A DNA stretch of 60,423 nucleotides, counting the filler, from Sphacelaria rigidula (lineage: Eukaryota): assembly GCA_964200075.2 (NCBI GenBank). It is 7 parts of 7 records of this genome, joined end to end, with 100 filler letters (N's around TTAATTAATTAA, not from the genome) between each part and the next. Parts side by side here need not be neighbours in the genome. Positions count along the whole stretch, not along the records: positions 17,295 to 25,840 come from CAXNAA020010821.1; positions 25,941 to 34,486 come from CAXNAA020010822.1; positions 34,587 to 43,132 come from CAXNAA020010823.1; 4 more parts are not named here. One strand, written 5' to 3'. The position numbers were made by a program, and so were the translations under genes. The notes beneath the pieces were generated by a model. The model was not told where the DNA came from, made no database searches, and saw nothing but the letters and a program-made list of their open reading frames with translations. Positions within the stretch are counted from its first letter, which is position 1. Each line of letters opens with the position of its first letter. Shown here piece after piece: positions 23,576 to 35,102 of the stretch.

Positions 23576-26229
23576 CTGCAGCTCATAAATATCATACATA
23601 CGTCGGTATTCATATTCATACTCCCCCGCCTTACTTGGCTGTTGGTGATTCTCATTTTGATTCAAATGGGGGGGGGGCGGCGGTTAAATGTTCAAGTATT
23701 TTTATTATCAAGTCATTATCCAGAGGTCAGAATGTGGTCCTCGAGCACACGCATGCCGCAATTTTTGGTTACTTCTTTCATGTTTGGGCTACCTACCTCT
23801 TCATCGATATCATGTCCTCCACGAACAAAGCTGCCTACTCAATATGGTTGCAATCTCCCCCCGCCCCCCTCCGCCGACTCCTCCCTCTCGAAGGGGATGC
23901 GTGATCTATGGTCAAACGACGAAGGCAAGCAATAAATGAGTATGCCCCCCTCTCTCCCTCTGCCCACCACCTGCCCCTCCACCCCCCGCTCCCCCTTCCC
24001 CGTCCATCCCACTGTGCAGCGCCGTTTTCTGCTTTTGGCCCTTCGGCTTCGTGGCCCTTTGCTACGCCGCACGAGTCGAAGGCATGGTCCGGACAGGAGA
24101 TCTCGAGGTGGGTGACGGTCTTCCCAGCCTTGACTGCCGATGTACATCACATGTCATTGTGAAAGAACTGAAGTGTACTGATTGGTCGATTGATCGATTG
24201 GTTATCGTATATGAGCGGTGCTACTGCAGGGTTGCACGTTTTTTTTCTGACATTTGAATTGTCAAGCACCCTTTACCTCATCCGAAGAACGACCTATGAA
24301 ATAAGTGAGAACATGCCACGATGACCATTCCGAAGGGCTAGGTATGTTCCGAATGAACTCGACAATGGGTATTTCCTGATCCATGTTCTCGTGTAGCTCC
24401 CAGGTTTAGCAGGCGCTGAATGAGTAAGGTCTGGGCCCGAATGTGCAACCCCTACCGTGGCATGATTCACATCAACTGATACCCCGGCGAATTCTCCTGT
24501 GGTCGCTAGATGAATACACTCTCTCAAGGTGAAAGAAAAAGGAAACACTCTCGTGGTGTGCAAAATCTAGGACGGACGCGATACACTTTGCCAAGTAGTG
24601 TGCGTTGTGCGTCGTCAATCCATGCTATTCGGGACGCCAGCCTGCACCTTACGGTGTACATATAGGCGCATCAGCCGGGTCACACAGAAAGAAGGTCAGT
24701 AAAACACAGTGGATCCTAAATTTTGGGGTCGATCTCTCAAATGGGAGATCAAGGGGCATATCGTCTTTGCAGGAACGACGCAAAACAGTTACACCGAGCG
24801 AAGCCATCTTGCTCCCCATATATTTACAGCAGTGAAGCAGTTATGACTAGGTGCACCAAACGAATGCGGTGTACACGCGTGTCGATGACGATATCACCAG
24901 AGAGAGAAGCAACGGCAGAGAGAAAGCTCCTCGTCCGTGCCCTTCGTGTGCCCTCGCTCGACGATTACCAATCACTTTACAGACTGGCATCATGCATGTT
25001 ACCGGCACGTACCCAATTTCTCATGTGCCCGTAGGCATGTTACTTTGCTGCACACTGTAGCCAAATTATACCGAGCCGTAGGTAGAGGCTACAGCACATC
25101 CCCCCACAGAACATCGAGGTGCGGAGGGATGTCGTTTCTTCTTGTCTGTGGAGCTTCCCAATGCGAAGATCGATTTCTCACTGCCTCTCTTTTGGGACAG
25201 GACGCGCCTTTGTGCGCTGCAGAACATGTCGTTGAAAAACAAGGCAATGTTCCCGTCACCTCTACTGTTCTCTGTCACGCAAATGCCAGCAAGGACAGGG
25301 CTGCGGCAAAAACAGATAGATCCAATTTGAACTTAGGGGGTCGTATTCATCGTTGATTGTACCCGACATGTGACCATCTGGGTGCCCGACCACTAGAGCG
25401 TGCCACACGCTAGTTGAGGGGGTGTATGAGCGATCAAGCACTTGTGGAAACCTTCTTGACATGTGAAGTGAAGGAAGATATCTACGATGGTGACCTAACT
25501 GTTGCTAGCGTGGTGCAGAGGGGTGCCTCCATGCTGCAATCTGGAGCACCCCCCCGCTGCATGAACATCGCTGTACAGCAGCGTTCCAGAAGCATTACAA
25601 GCTGGGGCGAGATATGACCCCACGAGGAACAAGAGTGCTCTATGATCAACACCTTGTCGTTGCGATTGACGCCCATGCCATCAACCGCCGACCGCAAAGG
25701 TCTTGTGGCCTTCAACCAACGCTGGCGGCAGTACGGCAGGCAAACCCGATCATAGCTAGCTTTCGTCGCTCTACTGTACTCGCTGCCGTCTGCACAGAGG
25801 TCACCCACCGTAACAACATGCACCGAATTTCGCAACAGCTNNNNNNNNNNNNNNNNNNNNNNNNNNNNNNNNNNNNNNNNNNNNTTAATTAATTAANNNN
25901 NNNNNNNNNNNNNNNNNNNNNNNNNNNNNNNNNNNNNNNNCCGCCATGCACGTGCGGTGCAGTACAGGACCTCCTATCCCTTTCACCCCTCGATCAGGGG
26001 GTACCCCCCCCCCCCCTCTTTAAATAGGGTACCCCCCCCCCCCTCCCCTCCTACCGTACCGTCTCGAAGGTGATGCGTGGTCAATGGTCAAACGACTAAG
26101 GCAAGCAACACATGAGAACGCCCCTCCCCTCCTACGGCCCCAGAATGAGGTTTTGGCGACCTCGGGTGGGTGGTGCCGTCATTTCCCGATATGAGGCTCC
26201 TCGCCCCAGCGTGCATCTGCTTGACGCTG

Positions 26230-27700
26230 TCCCCGGTCTGCCCGAGAAACAGGAGTTTGCAACTTATCGTCTGTGGCATGCCGGGAAGCAAGTCCTGTAC
26301 GTGTACTTGAAAATAGGAATGGAGGTGGATGGGACGAGTGCGGGACGACCTACCGGGAATTTGCCGGGAAACGGCTCGCGCCTCAGCGCCGGCGGGCCGC
26401 GGGCCCCTGCGAATGTAGGGCAACGGCGATAACACGAACACGATTGATGCTTCAATGCAACTTCGTGCTTTCGTGCAACGACACATCACCCCACCCCGGG
26501 TGCGTGCGGTAGACCTTCATTTTAGAGCCACTTCTAACAAGGGCCCAGCCACGACCACTCCGGTTTCACCGCCGCAATCCAAGACCAACGTCATGAACAC
26601 CGAAATGAATCGAAATCGGAAGCGCCCTGGGCACAGGGCAACCTATACTGAAAATTCCCGGAGTATTTATTTTTGGTACCATTCATTTTCGGGTGCCATG
26701 GTACTTGGTCTCATGATCTGCGCTGCATGCACGCAGCACGTGTCCGGAGGGAAGAGGTTAGTGCGCTGGAGGGTACGTGCCAAAACGCACTAATGCCTAT
26801 TCGGCGAGGGGCAGAAATCGATGGAATGTTATGGACGCGTCGCAAAAGGTGAGAATCACCATCAGTTTTCATACAGAGGGCACCGAAACAGCGGCAACCT
26901 GGCACCCTCAATAGAGCTCGTCGATCCTCTAGCTTGCGCCCACAACACTTACCGACCCCAAGGCACCGTCACCCGATTGCTACGACGTAAAGGCATTCTG
27001 CGCTACATACTGTACTCTTGTCCAGCGGAACACCGAAGAGCTCCGGACGGTACTAGCGATTCTTTTCCATGAAGCGGTTGTCCTCCTCAAGGTGAAAATG
27101 CGACGTACAAACTCCGCCTCAACTCCGGCGAAACAAGCGCGAGACCCCGACCTGTCAACACCCGGAAATTTTAAAGAACTTGAATGGGCGGCGTATTTCT
27201 TCCACTCAGTCCCCCCACGCGCGCCATGGTGGTCACAGCGGTATAATGCAGTACATAAGATAATAATTTATCATTGAACAGTTTGGGCGGAGTATTATGT
27301 TCCCAACGCCAATCGTGGTGTACCGGTCTACCGCGTTCTATCGCGGAAAACATGAAGATGTCAGTACGAAAAAAACGACAGGCTGCGGGAGTGGTCATCA
27401 TCCAGTGCTTGCCGACAACTGGAAAGGTGGATACCGGGGAGAGATGGGTCGGTGCATGAATGACAATACATATACATATATATATATGCACATGTATCCT
27501 TTAATATTTTTCACTACTCTTACCGAGTTTTCTCTGGCGGTAAGGCATTTTTTCCTGCGCTTGCTTTTGCAGCGCACTGCGAAGGCGTTCAGGTTTGGGT
27601 GTCATCTGACACCTGTGGTGCGTGTTCTGGCCACCGAAAGTCGCTCAGACTGGCCCTTTTTCGCGGGGTGTCGATCCCGAACCACAGAAGCCTTTTCAAG
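26230..27700 (+). pseudogene. Decayed CxC2-KDZ (Kyakuja-Dileera-Zisupton) transposase
   Basis: Collinear motifs across frameshifts: YR(C)VAC..SPVRVLENRNGGGW; YHSFSGAMVLGLMICAAC..KRLVRW; FCATYC..RN; HEAVVLLKVKMRR..RDPDL..WAAYFF; C..AAGVVIIQC..VDTGERW; VWVSSDTC. Confidence 0.6.
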
Positions 27701-30289
27701 ATCATGGAACATTTGAAACGAGAACCCGAACCTCGAAAAAAGCCTCTTGAAGATCATGGAAATATTCAAACAGGATTACCTTTGGCGAGGTATTTCCCCC
27801 CCGTGTTTCCCCTTGTCGTGCTCTCGTTCATTTGGGAGCACGAACACACCGGTTATGCCACCAATATCACGAGAGCATGAGAGCAAATCAGTTGAAAACA
27901 ATTGATCATTGCCTTAGCCTTGGTCAGCAGCAAACACAAGGCCGTGCAATGGACTGTTGGCGAGTTGAACAAGGCACAGTAGTACAACAGGACATGAATG
28001 TTTTGCCGCAAAAACAATCACCCTGTTTTAAAAAAAGGCCCGGTGATGTGGAAGCCACAGTGATGTACAAATAACATGCCAAGAATGTTGCACGCATTCC
28101 AATTTTTCGGGAGTGCCTCCCGCTGTCATGTCTTCGTGGCACGAGAGCTACTTCGCACTCTGGCACTTCGGAAATACTATACAAACGCGGCCATTTAGCT
28201 CCTGTTTGAGAATCCCCTATCGTCATTTTCATCCTCTTGAGGGCAAAATGGCCCTCGAGAGGATTGAATACCCTCTGGTGGTTCATGACGCCTCTGGAGT
28301 GGACAGTAAACGAAGTCGCCAGAGGGCACATGATTCCCTTGAGCTCATAATCTTACTGAGGGTGCCTCTGGAGAATTTTGGGGAAACAATACTCTCCAGG
28401 GTGTAACTTTACCTCTGGAGTTCGCACTACATCTAACCTCTGGACGACGTTTGTGTCCTAACTGCCTTCAGGGCACCTTTGGCACCCCAACAATCTTGTT
28501 TAGTATAGACCATCACCCAAGGTATATATCACCCGCCGCCGTTCGTAGATCGGACCATGCAAGCCCCACAACACTTATTCCCAGCAACCGCCACAAACCC
28601 GCAGCAAAGAGAAGGGATAGATATACACACTGCCGTAGTTGGGTATGATGTATCTCTTGTTGGTGGAAACTTTTTACCATCTTCTTTCATGATTTGTCGC
28701 GGAATCGCGCGGCGACGAACCACATGGGTTAGGGTGCGGGCAGTGACTGGCTTATTGAATACACGCTCGTGGACGGTGCAGGCAGTAGTAAGCTGCACGT
28801 TGCCCTTCTCACGTCGCACTGTAAGCAGATAACATTTTTAGTCCTACGCTGTCTGTACTATGCTTTGCCCGCTTCCCTTCCACGTCCTGCTGACTGCGCA
28901 GTTGTGCGCATGCTGCTGCACGAACGCGCGTCTATACTGCAGCAGCCCACGGTATATGACACCCCCATATGTCCAAAGTTACAGGTATCGACATTATTTG
29001 TGTAGCCATACGTGGCGCATGTGCCGCGCTAACTCTGCAGTATATGGCACCGCACGTATAAGCACGATATGGGACCATCCTGCGCACGGTATTGTCCAGT
29101 CCAGTACAGCACCACACCGTGCTTATTGTTGTGATCATACCCCCGCCATCAAAGTACAGAATAAACCGCGTTCAGATTTTTTTCGCATTTTTGATCGAAA
29201 AATGCTTTGGTATGTTGTTTCAGTAGACACTGGACTACGGGGATCAGTATCACCACTAGCTAAAGCTGTACTCGGTACAGCGCGGCCGCGTGGACATACA
29301 CTCGCAATCAATGTATGGGATTTGTGTACAGCGAAGGCTGTTGAAGAATTTTTTCTTTTTGCCCAACAGATATATGAATCTGGGGGCAAGAGAATGAATT
29401 TTCAACAATCTCTGCTGCCTCTCGAATCCCATTAGCTGAGTACGGTACAGTATGTGGGATTTGAAGGGCAGGGGCTGCTCGCAAATGAATCCTTTTATTT
29501 GCCCAGTTCCAGGATGAATTGGCGGGCAAAACAAGCATCTATTCCGAACAGCTTCTGCTCTACAAATCCCATCTGCCAGTTTATATGGGATTTGAACAGC
29601 CTCTGCTATTCGAAATAAATATTTTATGCCCGATTCCAAACTTGAAATCGAGCATGCAGGATTTATTTTGAGCAGCAGGGGCCGCTTGAATTCCGGATTT
29701 CCATCGCACGAGCGCCTTCAAAAACAATCCAGAGGGTTTCGATATTGTCACAGACCTTCGAGGGAGACCCAACATGAGAATCCTCCAGAGGATTTCAAAT
29801 ACCCGAGATCCTCTATTAACTGTGGGGATTTCAAAACGGACGGAACTGAGGGTGACGTTTGGAAAATCCCTTCGAGGATCTTGACAGTAGCCGAATGGCC
29901 GTGTGTGCACATGTCCTACAACGGCGGTTCCGCCGTCGGCCTTCGTCCGAATTCCCATATTTCGGAAGGACATCCGATAACACATGCGATGTTTTGTACA
30001 GCCACGATCCCTACTGTATATTGAGATACAATACCCTCTCTTAAACATATATTTTCGACTTCGTCACCCCTGGGAGGCCCGTACCAACCTCCCGAAGGGC
30101 AACCTTGTATATATGTATAGTATCACAGGTCACCTCAGCACCCTTAAGACGATCAATCAGATATGGTCGATTGGCCTGTGCTTACGGTTTAGGTTAACGA
30201 CAGTTGTCAAATTTCTTGCGGTGGTTTCTGAAATGATATTACTGCAACAGTCAGTCACCCCCCCCCCACCCCCCCGACCAGCCAGAAGG

Positions 30290-31370
30290 ATTGCAGAAGC
30301 AAAAAGATAAGGCGCTAGAATACACTAGGAAATGAAGGTGATAGCGAGTGTGAACAAATGCGGGGTACTTATATGTGACGAATATAAGGAAATCCGGTAG
30401 ACTTCAAATAGAAGTGGGGGGAAGAGGAACTGCCGATCGTAAACCAGTATACTTACCGCATCTAAAAAAACTGTTTTTGGGATGCACACATGCATAAAGT
30501 AATAGAATAGGGTAAGGCACAGATGGGCAAAATGAACCTGATCCTACGAGATTGGCACCTAGATACTACGATGAAGAAATGATTAAGATATATGATGATG
30601 AATGTGATTGTACCGAAGCTCGAAAATGCACATGTATGGGAGGAGAACGCAAAGTTGGCGAAGAAGCTTGAAGCAGTACCAATGGCAGCAGCTCAGAAAA
30701 TACTCGGATGTTCGAAAATGACGAGTAATTTATCACTGAGAGCAGAGTTGGGATTGTACCCACTTGAGATTAACAGACATGAGAAAACTGGAATGGAAAT
30801 ATAGTTAAAGAATTATGCCAATAAAGAGATAGTCGGCCATAGTTGATGGGGCCGTATGGAAGAAAGTGGCAAAAGGGCAAGCTGGAATAAGGTGGGATAG
30901 CGTAGTCGAGGGAGTGTGGAAGGACATGGGAAAAAACAAAGACGAAATAATGTCCACAGGTGGATGCGGGGGGTACAGGACAATAGTAAGAGACATGATA
31001 GAAATAGGGGAAAAGAAGCGCTAAGACGGAAAGTAGACGAGGAAGAACATCTGAAAATATACGGGGTGTTGAGAGAGTGGATAGGGATGAAAAGATCTGC
31101 ATGACCCAATGGACTCCGCGAAAAAATTGAAACTGCGATTTCGGGTGGGAGACCTGAACCTGCCGCAAAGAAGGAAGATGTATACCAGTAATCGAGTGGA
31201 GGAGAAAGTAGACGCACACAATTGCTCCTGTGGGAGAGTAATAGAGAGTAGAACTCATGTAGTGGCGGAGTGTGAACCACTGTACTGTATACAATACAAG
31301 GAGGAACGGGACGTGTTGGAGGGTAAAATTTGGAAAGTAAACGGAAGTGGCATAAAATCATTGAATACAA
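30290..31370 (+). mobile_element. LINE ORF2 3' fragment (RT thumb to C-terminal zinc knuckle), degenerate
   Basis: ELPIVNQYTY; WDAHMHKV; AAQKILGCSKMTSN..LRAELGLYPL; KLRFRVGDLNL; CSCGRVIESRTHVVAEC. Multiple stops. Confidence 0.88.
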
Positions 31371-31862
31371 AATACAGTAGTGATTTCCCAAAAGGTATGG
31401 CGCGTCACGGTGATTTTGTATTATGACAAGATTGTAAGCAGGGCAGACGGATATATGGGCAGCTGCCCTACCCCACTGTCCCACTCGGAAACCCCGACAA
31501 CAGTCTTCAGGCCTAATTGGATACAAGGAAGAGCTTTGCTCATCAGCTACCCACCGATCTCCTGTCTTCAGTGTCGCGAGTCCACAGCCTTATTGACGTG
31601 AGTCTTAGCTGTGCTGTACTATCACCCTCCATTATCATTGTACTTGTTGCTGGCTGTGGGACTATTCCAATTCAGACAGCTGGTTATTGTATTGTATAGA
31701 GAGAGAACATTCAGCTCTGAGTCACGAGCCGAGCACAGGATCAGCAAGCCACATACTCTCCCACCTTGGGTCGTGGCCTTGCTTTGCTAGCGATTACGTC
31801 GCACCCGGGTACAGTACCGTTTCATGTAGATCCTTGATGGTAGATACCTTTCAAGCTTAGGC

Positions 31863-32111
31863 GACAGTTTTTACGATAGCCCCCCCGCCCAAAAGTGCAT
31901 GATTTGGGGAGGCAAAATATTTACGTAAATCGAAATGGAAAACGCCGAGCACAACGAGAAGCTGGGAATCCCCACGCTTGGGTTCGTTCTAGCCAATCTC
32001 GCCAATATGAGGTGCTTCATGAAGCCTGAACCCGAACATCAGGCGTTGTATGGCCATTTTTTTCGTGCCACTTTCAGCTGGTTTTGGGGGGGGGGTATCG
32101 TAGAAAGTGTC
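31863..32111. mobile_element. 249-bp MITE, GACAC..TACGATAGCCCC TIR family
   Basis: TIRs GACAGTTTTTACGATAGCCCC / GGGGTATCGTAGAAAGTGTC; 4-bp TSD AGGC; inverted copy at 43428-43690. Confidence 0.9.
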
Positions 32112-32288
32112 AGGCACGTAAGCTCGTAGGATACAACAGTGCGCTGTCATTGTTTATAAGTAGCGTACTTTATTCACGTAGGTCAAGAAGCACCTAGTCT
32201 GTAAGCTGGCAAACCCGCACGTCAGTGTTGAGGATGCGTTTTAGTCTCACGTACGTGTAGAAGAATTTGTTTTTTGTTCCAAAGATTG

Positions 32289-32969
32289 CAGTCTTACGCA
32301 AAAAAAAGGAAACAATTCGGAACAGAATCCGACATATTTTCGCCCCAATACGCACGCACACACCACGCAACCCCAAAATCGGCAGAATGGGGTTGTTGTC
32401 TGTAGTCTACATGACATGTGGTCGAAGTTTCAGCACGTAAAAGCCCCAACAGCGCTTGCACGGCCGTGTCTCCTGAAGTGAGCACCTCTACAGGCGATAC
32501 CAAGATAGGTACCGCGTTTAATGACATCATCCAGAGGTGCGCAATACGGATCGATGTGCTCGTTTGCCGGAGAAGTAGCCACCCAGCAGGAAGTGAGAAT
32601 ATCTGCGTGTCAACATATGTATGCATCCACTGACGGGTCACGCAGTCTGGGCCGAGGGGGCTGCGTTTTGAGGGCGTATCGATGACATTGCCCAAAATCC
32701 GTTGTTTCCTTCGTTTTACTAGCGCACCACGTAAACCGTGCCACCACTCCGGGACTATGCTGTCTGTGTTGTGGTCTACCTCTGTGCCAAGTTTCAGTCT
32801 GGTTCAAACAGACACGGCGGAGAAATCCACAAGCAAAATAACCCTTAATTTGTACTGAAAATACAGTCCTAAACCCTGTTGAACCGTCGAAAGAGTCATG
32901 AGGTGCGTATGATTTTTGTATGCGGGAATCTTGGCAGTTGAAGTGTTTCCTTTTTTTGGCGTAAGACTG
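32289..32969. mobile_element. 681-bp non-autonomous TIR element
   Basis: TIRs CAGTCTTACGCAAAAAAAAGGAAACA / TGTTTCCTTTTTTTGGCGTAAGACTG; 4-bp TSD ATTG; close copy at 44499-45146. Confidence 0.9.
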
Positions 32970-32974
32970 ATTGA

Positions 32975-33416
32975 AACACGGGATCTTACAAACTAGGGAT
33001 GGATCTTTTATTGGGGATGAGAAACGCGGAGGATTAAAATCTTTGTATCAACACCAAATGTTTGAAATATGGTTCCATTCCCTCACCTACTGATAGCTAT
33101 TGACAACTGCTACACTCCGTAGAAATCTGGATTTCGATCACCGAAATGTTGGGGTCCTAGGTGCAAAACCAATTTTGAGGAATTTCGGGTTTCCGAACGG
33201 ACGCCAAATTTGTTCCGATTTTTGTTTCACCTAGGACCCCACCATCTCGGTGATCGAAAACCATTTTTCTATGGAGTGTAGCAGTTGTCAATAGCTATCA
33301 GTAGGTGAAGAATTGGAGCCATATTTCGGAGATTTGGTGTTGATACGAAGATTTTGATTCTCCGGGTTTCTCATCCCCAATAAAGGATCCATCCCCCATC
33401 TATAAGATCGCGTGTT
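32975..33416. mobile_element. Foldback MITE, second copy of 3470-3909
   Basis: AACACGGGATCTTA ... TAAGATCGCGTGTT with long inverted arms; 4-bp TSD TTGA. Confidence 0.9.
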
Positions 33417-35102
33417 TTGAGTGCGCTGAGCTTGGACAAACTGACCACCCACCGGCAATCTCCCTCCTTCACCACTTCAGCTCTCTGCTTTGAGAGGAGA
33501 CTGTGCGTTTTGTTTTGTTTTGACAGGATGAAGAGCCCAATCAACCATCTGTCGGATCGATGCCATTTTTGGGCTGAGAAGCAAATGGGTTCACAACCAC
33601 CGGTGCAAACCTTTACACACACAAATGTTCGCTGAACAGTAGTGAACCTGTCTCGAGATAGTGCTACAGAACACGAGCTATTTAAACAGGAAGGGGGTCC
33701 TCGTTTATTTTCGCCCACGAAAAGGAGTAGAATATACCCCTTTCATGTACGGCGCAACGGTGCGTGGGTCAGGGTGGTGCGTTGGGCACCGTGTGCCAGG
33801 CAAGGGATGACCGTTGTTCTGAGCCCCCCCGCCAAGTGGAGGTTTGCTGAGAGGCATCTACGTGCGGGATTGCGCACACCTGTTTCTGCTATCGGTTTCG
33901 CCTTGGGATTTGATGGAGCGCTCGAGAAATTGTGCACACACCGCCTGAGTTCCTGCCGGGTACGTCGAGGTGCCATCGGCAATTTGGTTCAGCGCGGCGG
34001 TTTTGGGGTGATGATTGTAGTGCGTAAGAGGACCGCGTGCTTATGGGGTCGCATCGGAATTTTGACATCCCTATGGTTAGCGTTAGGGTTGGTGTTGAAT
34101 TCAGGGTCAGGGGCGTCGTCCCTGCAAGGACTGGCCCGATTAGTCATGAAAAACGTCGATCCTGGGGTGTTTCGGACTACGATGTGGTCTCATAAGCATG
34201 CGGTCCTCTCATGCATTACAATAATAATCGAAAACCTTGACAGCTGAAGGATTCAGCCGGTAAGCTTTAAATGGGGAAATTTGCTGCGTTGTGTAAGCCG
34301 GACGCATGGGGCTGAGTGCTGAGTGGCTACATGATTTCGACAAGACTGTAATGTGTGAGAGGACTGCGTGCTTGGAGGATCAATCAGAATTCGAACACCC
34401 CTACCGTTAGTGTGATATGATGTGACTGCAGGACGTAGCCATGATCTTGGGCAAAAGTGACATTGAATGATGTGACATTTTCATGCNNNNNNNNNNNNNN
34501 NNNNNNNNNNNNNNNNNNNNNNNNNNNNNNTTAATTAATTAANNNNNNNNNNNNNNNNNNNNNNNNNNNNNNNNNNNNNNNNNNNNAAAAAAAAAAAAAA
34601 AAAAAAAAAACCAACCCACCACCTGACAGAATGAAAAAAAACCAAAAAAAAAAAAAAAAAAGGGGGGGGGGGGGGGGGGGGGGATGGCAAATGCAAAGAG
34701 AATCGAACAGACCGAACTAACGTATACTTTACACAACGTACTACACGGTATCAGTCCCAATAACAACCTCCAAGCGCCGTTCCAAGGGCTCGAGGTAGGA
34801 GGTCGTTCAAAAAGTAGGGCCGTGTGTACGGACAAAAAATGTGAGAGTTCAAGGACGGCAGCCTTCTGATCGTGTCACCAGCCCTCCCTACTCCTTAGCC
34901 ATGTTATATTTTTCTGCATTCCAAAGTAACCCTTCAACCCTGAGCAATGGTATCCTGCTTCATGTTTTCGCAACAAGCGCTTGCCCGAGCTAAAGCACTC
35001 CATCTCAAACTACGAGACACGAAACCCTGAATCTGTACCCGAGGAACATTCAGCAGTCTACTACCATACTGCGCGTCTTCGATTTTTTCTCGTGGCCATC
35101 AC

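Noticed and set aside
24598-24730. Resemblance to an abundant brown-algal interspersed repeat
   Set aside because: Based on recollection only; no second copy in the window to confirm.
24270-25840. Possible disrupted minus-strand gene with exon-like segments
   Set aside because: Stops and frameshifts, and no recognisable family motif; cannot support a call without a search.
30813-31526. 237-aa and 174-aa minus-strand ORFs
   Set aside because: Antisense shadows of the plus-strand LINE fragment.
33642-34247. 201-aa ORF and nearby TTAGGG-like bases as a gene or telomere
   Set aside because: No motif or splice support; only one or two degenerate TTAGGG units.
34587-34683. Poly-A/poly-G tract as a regulatory or G-quadruplex element
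   Set aside because: At a contig end; likely low-quality homopolymer sequence.
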